This document shows positions 44,777-54,929 of a stretch of DNA of 64,000 nt, one piece after another. Under the pieces are notes generated by a model that had not been told where the DNA came from, did not search any database, and saw only the letters and a list, made by a program, of their open reading frames with translations. Origin of the DNA: Pirellulales bacterium (GTDB taxonomy: Bacteria > Planctomycetota > Planctomycetia > Pirellulales > PALSA-1355); assembly GCA_963733035.1 (NCBI GenBank), contig CAVTBU010000004.1, positions 96,001 to 160,000 on the forward strand, given 5' to 3'. Made by a program: the position numbers and the translations under genes. Numbering within the stretch: position 1 is the first letter of the stretch; every line of letters begins with the position of its first letter.

Positions 44777-45973
44777 ATGATCTCGCCAGAATCCGCCACT
44801 CCCCGCGCTGCCTCTGCTTGCTCTGAACTAGCCGACACGCGTGAGGCCGCTCAGGACGTTTGTCGTCGCGCACTCGGCAACCTCGGCGCGTCACCGCATC
44901 TGGCCGTGGTTTTCGCTTCGTTCCAGCACCAGTCGCGATTTGCCGAACTGGCCGCCGTGTTGCACGAGGAATTGCGCACCGACTGCATCGTGGGCTGCAC
45001 CGGCGAATCGATCGTGGCCGGCAGTCGCGAGCTTGAGGGAACCCCGGCCGTGGCGCTCTGGCTGGCGCACCTCCCCGGCACGACGTTGCTGCCGATGCAA
45101 CTGGAATTTCAAGCCACGCCCGACGGTGGGACGTTCGGCGGCTGGCATCCGGCGCTCGACGGCGACTGGCCGGCGGGCGCCAGTATGCTGTTGCTGGGTG
45201 AACCGTATAGTTTTCCGGCCGACGTGCTGCTCGCCCGACTCAATGAAGACCACGGCGGTGTCGCGGTCGCGGGGGGCATGGCCAGCGGCGGTTGGGGTGT
45301 CGGGCAGAATCGACTCATCCTCGGCGGCCACGAAATCGATCGTGGGGCGGTGGCCGTCCTTCTGCACGGCGCCACGCGAATGCGAACGGTTGTGAGCCAG
45401 GGCTGCCGGCCCGTCGGCTGGCCGCTGGTCGTGACCAAAGTCGAGCGAAACGTGCTGCTGGAACTTGGCGGCAAGCCGGCGCTGGCCCAGTTGCAGGAGA
45501 TCTTCGGCACACTGACGCCGCACGAGCAGGGCCTGTTTCGCGATGGTTTGCACGTGGGCCAGGTTATCAACGAATACCAGGACCAGTTCGGCCGCGGCGA
45601 TTTTCTGGTGCGCAACGTACAAGGCGCCGACCCCAAGTCGGGTGCCATCGCCGTGAGCGATTACTTGCGCGTGGGGCAAACCGTGCAGTTTCATGTGCGC
45701 GACGCTGGCACGGCCGACGAGGACCTGGAGGCAATGCTCGCCGCGGCGGGCAACGACGCGAACGGTCGAACGCTAGCCGCCCTGCTCTTCACCTGCAACG
45801 GGCGCGGCACGCGACTGTTCGAAAAGCCAAACCACGACGCGTCGGCCCTGGCCCACCATTACGCGAAACTGCCCGTCGCTGGATTCTTCGCCCAAGGCGA
45901 AATCGGCCCGGTGGGCGGCAAGAACTTTTTGCACGGCTTCACCGCCAGCATCGCGCTGTTTGAACAGGCTTAG
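44777..45973 (+). CDS. FIST signal-transduction protein
   Basis: GCT, GGMASG, VSQGC.P.G, LFTCNGRG, GFFAQGEIGP, LHGFT. Confidence 0.9.
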   Translation: MISPESATPRAASACSELADTREAAQDVCRRALGNLGASPHLAVVFASFQHQSRFAELAAVLHEELRTDCIVGCTGESIVAGSRELEGTPAVALWLAHLPGTTLLPMQLEFQATPDGGTFGGWHPALDGDWPAGASMLLLGEPYSFPADVLLARLNEDHGGVAVAGGMASGGWGVGQNRLILGGHEIDRGAVAVLLHGATRMRTVVSQGCRPVGWPLVVTKVERNVLLELGGKPALAQLQEIFGTLTPHEQGLFRDGLHVGQVINEYQDQFGRGDFLVRNVQGADPKSGAIAVSDYLRVGQTVQFHVRDAGTADEDLEAMLAAAGNDANGRTLAALLFTCNGRGTRLFEKPNHDASALAHHYAKLPVAGFFAQGEIGPVGGKNFLHGFTASIALFEQA

Positions 45974-47046
45974 CCGCGGGTGGCCATCACTACGAGTATC
46001 AGCGCGTGCAAAAGCGCGAGCCCAACGATCCCTCCCAGGAGCTGACGCTTGATTTTCGAACGCGCGCGGGCGGCAAGTTGGCTCGCAGAGCCGCACAGGA
46101 GTCGGTTGGCGGGCCCCTTTGGACCCGAAGGAACGAGGCCCTCCCGCTCGGCGCTGTAGATGCCGATCACGCACACTTGTTCGCCGAGGGCGATCCGCTT
46201 TTCCAACAGCTTAGGAAGCGGAATGTCGGGTAGGCGAGGCGACTGATCTTCGTCGCTGGCTTCGTCGTCCTCATCGTTACCGTTCTCGATGCCACCTTCG
46301 TCACCTTCTTCCGGCGCGTCCAAGTCGGCCCGGCTTTCATCGTCCTGCGTCTTCTCCCACGCGGCCAGCCGCTCGAGTCCGGCCGCGGACTCGGGTGGAA
46401 AAAGCTCTTCGAGGGTTATACGACCCAGCTGCATATTCTTTTCGACGTAGCCGTCGTCGTCCGACCAGACGACGTCGAATGCCGAAACGGCCGTAACCAG
46501 TTTCAGGCCGGTGCGGTCCTCGAAATCGTGTGACGCCAGAAACTGCCGCGCATTCCAGGCGGCCGCGTAACCCCGGCAACGGCGCTGCTCCACGCCTTCG
46601 AGCACTGGAAAACCCAACAACCGCACTGCTCCGAGCGGCGAGCGAATTTCCGACGGCGTCATCAGAAATCCCACATAGTCCGATCCGCCCGTGCCCGCGT
46701 TCTCCCCGCCCGCGCTCCGCGACAGATCATATTCGCAAATCACGCACTGCTTGCCGCTGAAAGGCGCGGCGAGAGGACGTTCGAGCGGCTGAATCGTGCC
46801 GCACACGGCGACCAGCGTGCCGTCGATCAACTGGGTATCTCGCGCCGCGGCCGAGAGCAGCCGCCAATCGCGCCACGCGGTGCGGGCATTGCCAATGAGC
46901 CCCAAGCAGAAGAACACGATGCACCCCACCACGCCGCCAAAGACCAGGCTTGGCGTCCGCTCGAAATGCAGGCTAAACCAATACGCATAGCCGGCCACCA
47001 GCACTACCAGCAGGCCCAGCGACATCAGGCAGCCACGCAACAACAT
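45970..47046 (-). CDS. Hypothetical membrane protein with acidic insert (GIDE-like layout)
   Basis: Two N-terminal TMs, APFSGKQCVICEY, E..I..GEQVCVIG, C-terminal TM. Confidence 0.55.
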   Translation of the reverse strand: MLLRGCLMSLGLLVVLVAGYAYWFSLHFERTPSLVFGGVVGCIVFFCLGLIGNARTAWRDWRLLSAAARDTQLIDGTLVAVCGTIQPLERPLAAPFSGKQCVICEYDLSRSAGGENAGTGGSDYVGFLMTPSEIRSPLGAVRLLGFPVLEGVEQRRCRGYAAAWNARQFLASHDFEDRTGLKLVTAVSAFDVVWSDDDGYVEKNMQLGRITLEELFPPESAAGLERLAAWEKTQDDESRADLDAPEEGDEGGIENGNDEDDEASDEDQSPRLPDIPLPKLLEKRIALGEQVCVIGIYSAEREGLVPSGPKGPANRLLCGSASQLAARARSKIKRQLLGGIVGLALLHALILVVMATRG

Positions 47047-47070
47047 CGCATTATGCCAGCTAAGGTAGCA

Positions 47071-47125
47071 AAAGGCGTCAGGCACCTTTCCGATTTAGAC
47101 CACGAACGAGGCGCCTGACACCTTT
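47071..47125. repeat. REP-like palindrome doublet in inverted orientation
   Basis: AAAGGCGTCAGGCACCTTT (47071-47089) and GAGGCGCCTGACACCTTT (47108-47125); each arm is itself near-palindromic. Confidence 0.6.
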
Positions 47126-47137
47126 CTTGTGTTTCGC

Positions 47138-50100
47138 CTAGTGGGCATGGCCGTGCTGATGGCCGCCGTCGCTCTTGAATAGCGCGTGGTCCGCGTCGCC
47201 GCGGGCCAGCACGTAAGCGATCAAGTCGAGAATCTCCTCGCGCGACAGCTTGTCGAGCAGGCCCTTGGGCATGATCGACGAGGGGCTCTTCAGCCGCTTC
47301 TCCACTTCGGCCGGGTTCAACTCGACCGCGGTGGTGCTGGCCAGCGGGTTCTCGATCACCTTGATCTTGTCCGGCGTCTCTTCGAGCACCAGGCCCGTGA
47401 TAACCCGGCCCGAATCGAGCTGGAAGACATACGACTGGAACTTTTCGTTGATCCGCGCCGAGGGATCGAGCAATTCGTTCAACACGTCGAGTGCCTTGAA
47501 TTTTTCGTCGAGCTTGGCCAGGTCCGGACCGAACTGGTTGCCCGCGCCGTTCAACTTATGACAGGCAATGCAACCGGCAACCTGGAAGAGCTGTTTGCCA
47601 TTGCCGTGCGAGCGACCTTGCTTGAGTCCACCGACCGGCCCGGCCAGATCGTCGAATTTCCACTCGGTTCGCGGCCGCCGGTCCTTGAGCAGCTCGTCCT
47701 TGATTTCCAGCGGGTGCGAGGCGAGGTAGGCCTCGGGATCTTCCAGGTAAGCATCCAGATCGGCCACGACGTACAGCGCGCCGTACATCCGCCGCCAGTG
47801 ACCGGGATAGGTGCACACGAAGGGGTACACGCCGGGTTTCGTGGGCGCGGTAAAGCTCAGCTTTTGCGATTCGCGGGGCTGCAACAGCTTGCTGCCCAAC
47901 AGCACGAACGGCGAATTCGGAACGAAATTGCGCTTGGCGGCGTCGGGCTGCTGGGCGGTTGCCTCGGCCGTGGTGCCAATCTCCTCGAGCGTCCCCGGCT
48001 GGATGATCACGAAGTTGTGCGGCATCAGGTCCGAGTTCTCGAAGAAGAACTCGACTGGCTTGCCGGCCCGCACGGCGATCACGTCCTTGTCGTACGACAT
48101 CCGCTCGAACAGCGTGCCGACTTTAATCACCCGCACGCCCAACTCGCCCAGTTCCGCCCGGGCCCGCCGCGCGTCGTCTGTCGGCAGCAACGCGGCAAGT
48201 GCGTGGGCGAACTCCATCGCGTTCAGCGCGTCGGGCGTCGTGCGGTCAGTGGCGTCCAACTTGCGAATCGATTCGGTGACGGCCTGGAGCAGCGGTCGGG
48301 CCTGGTCCTTGGGCCAGTCCTCGCGGCGAATGTGCTGCAGCGCCCGAATAGCCGCGGCTCGATCTCGGTCACTGGCCACATGCGGAGCCAGCAGCGCAAA
48401 CGTGTTTGCCTCCTGACCACGCACGTAGGTCAGCGCCATCATGGCCGCCTGACGCACGGCCACGGCCGCGTCGCCGGCCCCCACGGCCAGCGAGACGCTG
48501 CCTTTGGGAGCTTCGATGCCCTCTTTGACGAATACTTCGTTGCGCTCGCCATCGAGCACCTTCAGCGTGAAGCCGTTCAACCGGCCGCCGAGGAACCCGT
48601 CGCCCCGGTTGTAAACCACGATCGACTCGATCGGCACTTCGGCACCCAGGTCGACTTCCCACCAAGGCTTTCGCGAGTTCTCCTCGGTATGCGTCTGGCC
48701 ACCGTCGTTGTACGAGGGGCTCTTGTTGCCGTCGATGGCCCGCTTGGCGTCGCCGCCGTGAGCGGTCGAGCTTTGACTGGCCCGTCCCGAACGGGCCACG
48801 TTTTGGTCGCCGCTCATGACCTCTACTTCGGCCAGCGTCAACGTGCCGCGCTTCGGCAATTCGATGCGCACATAACGGCCCGCCAGGCTCTTGCCGTCGG
48901 GGCGAAGCGACTGGGGCAGGTTGTCGACCAGCGGCACGATCCGCTCGTAGAGGCTGGCCCGAATGCTACCGTCGGCCACCAAGGGCATCGCGCCGACAAA
49001 GTCGCGGAGCGAATCGGCAGATTCCTGTGCCAGCTGCCAGGCCTTGTCGGCCGACTTATCGATGTTCATTAGCGAGACGTAGCCGATCTGACGCAGCACC
49101 GGCTGACGAGCCGAGGTCGCCAATTTTTCCAATTCTGCCCTGGCTGGCGCGAGCTCGTTCGCGGGCAGCGCGGTCAGTTGGCGTACGAGATCAAACACCA
49201 GGCTCGGGTCGACCTCGCCCTGCGACGCGTCGAGCGATTGCAGAGCCCCGATAATGACGTCCAGGTTCGAGGTACCGGTCACTTTGGCCAACTCGGCGAT
49301 GGCCGCCGCGCGATCGGCGTCAAGAATGCCGGGCCGACGGAGAATCTCGCCGCACACCTGTTCCGTTCGATCCATGGCCAACAGACGCTCGTTACGCACG
49401 TGCTGCAGCAAGTAGCGTCGGCCGGCGTCGGTCGTGAACGCGATGTCGCGTCCATCGTCGATCGCCGGCTTCCAATAGCGGTCAAGCGTCTTCAGCGTTT
49501 CGCCATGCACGAACTTGATGTACTCGTCCTGCGGTCTTTCCGCCGCAATCACCGCGATCTCCACGGCCTCGGGCACCGTAAAGAAGCTGGCCGCCCGCAC
49601 CGCCTCCAAGCGCACGCGAGGATGCTCGTCGGCCGCCAACTTGCGAAAGCGGTCGAGGGCGTCGGAAACCTGCTCGCGCTGATAGCCCAGCACGCGAGCT
49701 GCGGCGGCGCAGGCGCGGAAGTCGGGCGAGGCCAGCACGCGATCGAGCAGCGCCAGGTTGACGTGGTTGTGCTGCTGGTTGAGCCAGAGCGCTTCGAGCA
49801 AGTGGTGCTCGTGGTCGGCGTCTTTCGGGTCGAGCGATGCGACCCATTTGTCCGCCGCGGCCAGCACTTCGGCGCTGGGCCGGCCGCTCAATTCGATGCG
49901 AGCCCGATAGCGATCTCGCGATTCGGGCAGCTGTAGCACGTCGAGTAGTTTTTCGACCGGCTCGCCGGCAACCTTCGGCGGGTTCGCCAGCGGACGTCCT
50001 TCGTAGGTCACACGGTACACGCGCCCGTGCGTGCGATCTCGGCTCGGGTCGCGGAGGTTGTGTTGCATGTGGCCGATGATCGGATTCTGCCAGTCGACGA

Positions 50101-52105
50101 AGTACAGCGCGCCGTCGGGGCCGATCTCAAAGTCGCACGGCCGGAAGCTAGGATCGCTCGACGAGAGAAACGGATCTAGTTCCGTGGCCGTCAGGCTCGC
50201 GCCCTTGTCTTCCACTTCGTATCGCAAGATGCCCTGGAAGCCGATGACGTTACCCACCAGCAGGTTGTCTTGCATCTCGGGCGGGAAATGCTTGCTCGAC
50301 AGGACTTCCATGCCGGGGCACGGCCGCGTGCGCTGTTTGTAGACCGTGGGGGGCTGCGGATGTTTCGTGGGGAAATCGACATGTCCCGAGAACAGCGCGC
50401 CGTGATATGGCACCGCGCCGGTTCCGTCGACGACAATGTCTTGCCCCCAGCGATCGAACACGTGGCCATGAGGATTGGCAAAACCATACGAGACATAAAC
50501 GTCGAACTTCTGTGTGCGCGGCTCGTAGCGGAACACGCCGGCATTGGCCAGCCGCACCGGCGGTCCATACGGGGTTTCAACCTGCGAGTGATGGAACGTG
50601 CCCTCCTGGAAGTAAAGTCCACCGCCCGGATCGAACGTGAAGCTGTTCGACGTATGATGCGTGTCGGCCGAATCGAGACCGCTGATCACCCGCTCGCGCA
50701 CATCGGCCCGGTCATCACCGTCGGTATCCTTGAGAAACACCAGGTCAGGCGCCTGGGCGACATAAACGCCGCCATTCCAGAATTCGAAGCCGGTCGGATT
50801 GTGCAGTCCCTCGGCAAATCGGATGCACTTGTCGGCGCGGCCGTCGCCGTCGGTGTCTTCGAGAATCAAAAGCTTGTCGTTCAGTTCGTCCTTCGGCTTC
50901 CAATGCGGGTAGCTGTCCCAGGCGGCAACCCACAGTCGGCCCTTGGTGTCGAAGGCCATTTGCACTGGGTTGACAAGTTCCGGAAACATCTCCTCAGAGG
51001 CCACCAGGTTGACTTTCAGGTTCTTGCCGATCGTCATCTTTTCGATGGCTTCCTCGCCCCCGAGATACACGTGCTTGCCGCCGGGGAGCGGACCTGGTTT
51101 GTTGGTGATCACCTCGATGAACGGCGGCGTGTTGCTATCGTCAACCTCCAGATCACCGCCCTGGGCGATGGCCCAAATCCGCTTGTCGCGATTGGCGGTC
51201 ATCACGTTCAGCACTTCCAACTCGCGCTGCATCACCACGCGGTTGGTCTGGTCGTCGGTGAATTTCAAGTCGGCCCGACCGCCGAAGATCGAATACCCGT
51301 CGGTGGTTCGGTAGCGCGAGAACCAATCGAAGTTCTTGTCCAGCACGGCCTGCCGCAGCTTCTCAAACGAATCGGCGTCCAGTGGCTGTGAGTTCTTGCC
51401 GAACAGCTGGTGATCGATGACTCTGGCGACCTGTTCGTTGCCGCGAGCGTTCAGATGAATGCCGTTAATCGTCAGCGGTTCGTCGTCAACCTCGTAAAGC
51501 GCGGCCGTCGGCTTGTAGAGATCGACAAACGCGACTCCCTTTTCGCGGGCCACGTCGGCCATGGCCTGGGTGTACAGGGCGATCCGCTCGTTGTTCGCCT
51601 TGCCATCGGGCAGGTTGGGGTCGTCGAGGTCTTCGTGTGCGATGGGCGAAACCAGCACCAGCCTCGGCGCCGACTCCCCGTTGTATTTCTGGCCCAACGT
51701 ATGATCGATGAATTCCGCCAGGTCTTTCTTGAACTTATCCAGTCCGTCCGGACCGGCGAACGATTCGTTGTAGCCGAAGCAGGCCAGGATCACGTCGGCC
51801 TGAACGAAATTCAGATGATCGTCCGGGCTGCCAAATCCGGCCGAGCGGAGCCGTAGCGTCAGCTCGTCTCCCGAAAAGCCAAGGTTCCGGACCACCAGCT
51901 CGTGCTTGGGAAATCGCGACTGCAACAAGGCTTCCAAATAACCGAAGTGCTGCATGCGATCGGCCAGCGTGTTGCCGAGAATCGCGATGCGATCTCCCTC
52001 GTTGAGTTCGAGCCGGGGCTCGGCGGCGGGCAGCAGGGCTGGAGCCAGAAAACTCGAGACCGTGACGATCCACGAAACCACGAACGCAGGGCGAAAAGCC
52101 GGCAT
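47138..52105 (-). CDS. PVC-type heme-binding CxxCH giant: SGNH-like + beta-propeller + HEAT + discoidin + cupredoxin + cytochrome c
   Basis: GNTLAD/GYNES/NGIH, NPHG/DWQN propeller, WWEVDLG, MPHN..CTYPGHWRRM, CIACH..GPDL..SIMP. Confidence 0.9.
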   Translation of the reverse strand: MPAFRPAFVVSWIVTVSSFLAPALLPAAEPRLELNEGDRIAILGNTLADRMQHFGYLEALLQSRFPKHELVVRNLGFSGDELTLRLRSAGFGSPDDHLNFVQADVILACFGYNESFAGPDGLDKFKKDLAEFIDHTLGQKYNGESAPRLVLVSPIAHEDLDDPNLPDGKANNERIALYTQAMADVAREKGVAFVDLYKPTAALYEVDDEPLTINGIHLNARGNEQVARVIDHQLFGKNSQPLDADSFEKLRQAVLDKNFDWFSRYRTTDGYSIFGGRADLKFTDDQTNRVVMQRELEVLNVMTANRDKRIWAIAQGGDLEVDDSNTPPFIEVITNKPGPLPGGKHVYLGGEEAIEKMTIGKNLKVNLVASEEMFPELVNPVQMAFDTKGRLWVAAWDSYPHWKPKDELNDKLLILEDTDGDGRADKCIRFAEGLHNPTGFEFWNGGVYVAQAPDLVFLKDTDGDDRADVRERVISGLDSADTHHTSNSFTFDPGGGLYFQEGTFHHSQVETPYGPPVRLANAGVFRYEPRTQKFDVYVSYGFANPHGHVFDRWGQDIVVDGTGAVPYHGALFSGHVDFPTKHPQPPTVYKQRTRPCPGMEVLSSKHFPPEMQDNLLVGNVIGFQGILRYEVEDKGASLTATELDPFLSSSDPSFRPCDFEIGPDGALYFVDWQNPIIGHMQHNLRDPSRDRTHGRVYRVTYEGRPLANPPKVAGEPVEKLLDVLQLPESRDRYRARIELSGRPSAEVLAAADKWVASLDPKDADHEHHLLEALWLNQQHNHVNLALLDRVLASPDFRACAAAARVLGYQREQVSDALDRFRKLAADEHPRVRLEAVRAASFFTVPEAVEIAVIAAERPQDEYIKFVHGETLKTLDRYWKPAIDDGRDIAFTTDAGRRYLLQHVRNERLLAMDRTEQVCGEILRRPGILDADRAAAIAELAKVTGTSNLDVIIGALQSLDASQGEVDPSLVFDLVRQLTALPANELAPARAELEKLATSARQPVLRQIGYVSLMNIDKSADKAWQLAQESADSLRDFVGAMPLVADGSIRASLYERIVPLVDNLPQSLRPDGKSLAGRYVRIELPKRGTLTLAEVEVMSGDQNVARSGRASQSSTAHGGDAKRAIDGNKSPSYNDGGQTHTEENSRKPWWEVDLGAEVPIESIVVYNRGDGFLGGRLNGFTLKVLDGERNEVFVKEGIEAPKGSVSLAVGAGDAAVAVRQAAMMALTYVRGQEANTFALLAPHVASDRDRAAAIRALQHIRREDWPKDQARPLLQAVTESIRKLDATDRTTPDALNAMEFAHALAALLPTDDARRARAELGELGVRVIKVGTLFERMSYDKDVIAVRAGKPVEFFFENSDLMPHNFVIIQPGTLEEIGTTAEATAQQPDAAKRNFVPNSPFVLLGSKLLQPRESQKLSFTAPTKPGVYPFVCTYPGHWRRMYGALYVVADLDAYLEDPEAYLASHPLEIKDELLKDRRPRTEWKFDDLAGPVGGLKQGRSHGNGKQLFQVAGCIACHKLNGAGNQFGPDLAKLDEKFKALDVLNELLDPSARINEKFQSYVFQLDSGRVITGLVLEETPDKIKVIENPLASTTAVELNPAEVEKRLKSPSSIMPKGLLDKLSREEILDLIAYVLARGDADHALFKSDGGHQHGHAH

Positions 52106-52318
52106 GAGAATTCCTTCCGGAGCGAATGTGCGGGGCGGCTGGTTGGGGGAGGGTCGACGGTCGTTAGCGACCGACGGTCCGCGGGCGACTGGTGCGTCAA
52201 GTCGTGTAAGGGCACGCCTTTGTCGCCGGAGCGAGCCCCTTCATTCTGAACGAACGCGGGCTCCGTTTCAAGGCACGAGCGTCGGTCCAAGCAGTCCGCG
52301 GCCAGGCGGCGCCCGTGT

Positions 52319-53578
52319 TCAGTCGTGTAGTTTCTCGCGGAAGAACGAGTTGCTGACCAACAACCCGCTGACCAGAGCCATGGCGGTGAGAAACATGTGA
52401 AACGCCGTATCGACCCCCACCGTCGTGTCTTCGGTCAGCAGCGACGAGAGGCTGCGGACGCCAAACGATCCGGGAACCAGCAGCGCCAGCCCGGGCACCA
52501 CGATCAGTTGCGCCGGTTGCCGCAGCGCGTTGGCGGTCAGGTTCGCTACGGCGCCCAGAAGCAAGGCCGCCAGGAACGGTCCGGCAAACGGTCCGAATTG
52601 GGCCGTGCCCACGCGGGCGGCGATGAGCGCCAGCGTCGAGGCGCCGAGCGCCTCCCAAAAGTCGCGCCAGCGTGCCCGAAATCGAATCATTGAACCGAAC
52701 GCGACCGCGACGAGCGCCGGGGCAATCCACCACACTGGCACACGCTCGGGTGGACTGTCGACTGGCGTCGCCAGCGAGGGCACGATCAGCGAGGCGCCCA
52801 CAACCGCGCCAAAGGCCATCACCAGCAGCACGACGCCCACGCCGGCCAAGCGAGCCCCGCCCGATGCCAGGTTGCCGTGGGCAAGCTCGTCGAGCGCGTC
52901 GACCAGCGTCAGCCCTGGAAGCAGAATGATCAGGCCGGCAGCCAAGGGAATCCACTGCACCAGGTCGTGGTCAAGAGCATAGCCCGCATTCGCGATAGCC
53001 GCCGCCGCGACGGCGGCCAGCAGTTCGAACAGGCGAGTGTTCGACCTCAGACCGCGCATCAGAACGGAAAGCAGACCAACCGCTAGCCCCACGCCCACGC
53101 CGGTCACAATTTCGGGAATCGCGCCGCCAAAAAACACGGAGAACGAGCCGGCGCTGAGCACATAGGCAAGCACCGTGGAAAGCACGCCCCAACGGGGTCC
53201 CGCGCGCATCACGAAATCGATGCGACGCTTGGCTTCAGGCGCGGCAAGCTGCCCGCGAATCACGCCGCGGGCGATGGCCGAGAGCCGGGCCAGCCGCTCT
53301 AAGTGCACGGCCCCCGGTTCAACGCGCAGTAGCATAGTGACGGGAGACGTTTCCCGGCCAACGGCGAGCATCACGCCCGTCGGCAGCGCGAACACTTGGG
53401 CCGGCGTGCCGAGATGTCTGGCCGTCTCGGTCAGCAGGCTTTCCAACCGATGAGCCGGCAGGCCCGCCGAATGCAGCGACTTGGCCAGCGCCGCCAGCAG
53501 CTCTGTATTTGAGCGGAGCTCCGCGGCCTCAACTTCCGCGCACGTCTTGCGATTTTTATCGTCCGGAGTACGCGGCAT
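52319..53578 (-). CDS. Threonine/serine exporter family (ThrE-like)
   Basis: G.PAHRLE, LPTG, FFGG, ILLPG, LLVPG; about 10 TMs. Confidence 0.85.
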   Translation of the reverse strand: MPRTPDDKNRKTCAEVEAAELRSNTELLAALAKSLHSAGLPAHRLESLLTETARHLGTPAQVFALPTGVMLAVGRETSPVTMLLRVEPGAVHLERLARLSAIARGVIRGQLAAPEAKRRIDFVMRAGPRWGVLSTVLAYVLSAGSFSVFFGGAIPEIVTGVGVGLAVGLLSVLMRGLRSNTRLFELLAAVAAAAIANAGYALDHDLVQWIPLAAGLIILLPGLTLVDALDELAHGNLASGGARLAGVGVVLLVMAFGAVVGASLIVPSLATPVDSPPERVPVWWIAPALVAVAFGSMIRFRARWRDFWEALGASTLALIAARVGTAQFGPFAGPFLAALLLGAVANLTANALRQPAQLIVVPGLALLVPGSFGVRSLSSLLTEDTTVGVDTAFHMFLTAMALVSGLLVSNSFFREKLHD

Positions 53579-53705
53579 GACTGGTCCGGCAAGCGGTCGA
53601 TTCGTCCTTGAAGCGCCGTCAGCGTATCGAGAAGCGACCGCTATGTCGAGTGTGAGCAGACTGTAGCGAAATGCTCCGTCGTGCCTTGAAGCACCAATAG
53701 CCGGC

Positions 53706-54737
53706 TCAATATTCCTCGGTGATTGGAGTTCCCTCGGCGCGTGTGCACAGATAACGCATCACGATCGGGTTGATCTCCTGCTGCAAGTAGCGGACGCTTC
53801 CATCGACCATTAGTGCGTTCGCTCCACCCGGATGAAAGCTAAAAATCTCGTCGTTTGGACCGCAATTGCCGGTCGTCCACGGACAATCCCCTGGTCCGCC
53901 GGTTTGCGCGCTGTTGTTATTGATCACCGCTTGCAGCTTCCCGACCGCGGAGTTCGGCGGACCCGAAACACCGGCCCCGTTGTCCGGCTCGGCCCAGCGA
54001 TTGTACGAACGCCTGCCGCTCGGCGTGGCAGGCTCCGCATTGACACCGGCTGTAATCGCTGGATCGGGATAGGGGGATACTAGAAATGGCGATAAGGTTT
54101 CATGGTTGCGACCACTATCTTCCGAGACCGCGATCGTATGGCTCGTGCCATCGGTAATTCGTGCAATCCGCACCCCGCCGAGTGTGCCCAGGGCTGAATC
54201 CATCCGAGTCGCAGTGTTGCGCACCCCGGTGTTGGGATCGATGTCGGTATACGCGACCGGCATGTAATTCGTTTCGCCGTATCCATACGGATCCTCGACT
54301 TGCAGGGCGTTGCTCGGACACAGAAATGACGGGATGTTGGTCTTGGCCGCGTATTGGTTTCCGGGGTAATTCTTATCGTTATAGAGTTGATCAATGTCGA
54401 AATGACTCATGACGTTGCCTTCTTCCATGTAGCTCAAAATGTAGGTGAACATCGAATGCTTGTCGAAGCCAGTGCTTCCGGTCTTCACGCCGGCAACCAT
54501 GGTCCAAACCGTTCCCTCACCACCAGACGGAAGTTTGCGAAGCGTCGACTCATGATTCAGAATCGCCAATCCAATCTGCTTGAGATTGTTCGTGCACTGC
54601 GACCGCCGTGCTGCCTCACGAGAGGCCTGAATTGCTGGTAGCAAGAGGCCGACGAGCACGCCGATGATGGCGATCACCACCAACAATTCCACCAAGGTAA
54701 AACCACGGGATCTCCGTAAGACAGCTTGGCGCTTCAT
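53706..54737 (-). CDS. DUF1559 protein (prepilin-type N-terminus, H-X9-DG C-terminus)
   Basis: [57 protein letters not shown]. Confidence 0.95.
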   Translation of the reverse strand: MKRQAVLRRSRGFTLVELLVVIAIIGVLVGLLLPAIQASREAARRSQCTNNLKQIGLAILNHESTLRKLPSGGEGTVWTMVAGVKTGSTGFDKHSMFTYILSYMEEGNVMSHFDIDQLYNDKNYPGNQYAAKTNIPSFLCPSNALQVEDPYGYGETNYMPVAYTDIDPNTGVRNTATRMDSALGTLGGVRIARITDGTSHTIAVSEDSGRNHETLSPFLVSPYPDPAITAGVNAEPATPSGRRSYNRWAEPDNGAGVSGPPNSAVGKLQAVINNNSAQTGGPGDCPWTTGNCGPNDEIFSFHPGGANALMVDGSVRYLQQEINPIVMRYLCTRAEGTPITEEY

Positions 54738-54929
54738 TGCGATTGCCCCAAAAAAAGAGTTCGATCAGGTTGGACACCACCTGGACACCGACCCAAACGC
54801 TAGCGGGACATTGCGAAAAAAAAGATGAGCGACATGTGAGAATTGCATTTAGGGCCTAATGAATTGCAAGTTCCGTATTTATCAGTCATCCCCACCTACC
54901 CAAACCCTTCCGCGCGACTGAAGTTGAGG

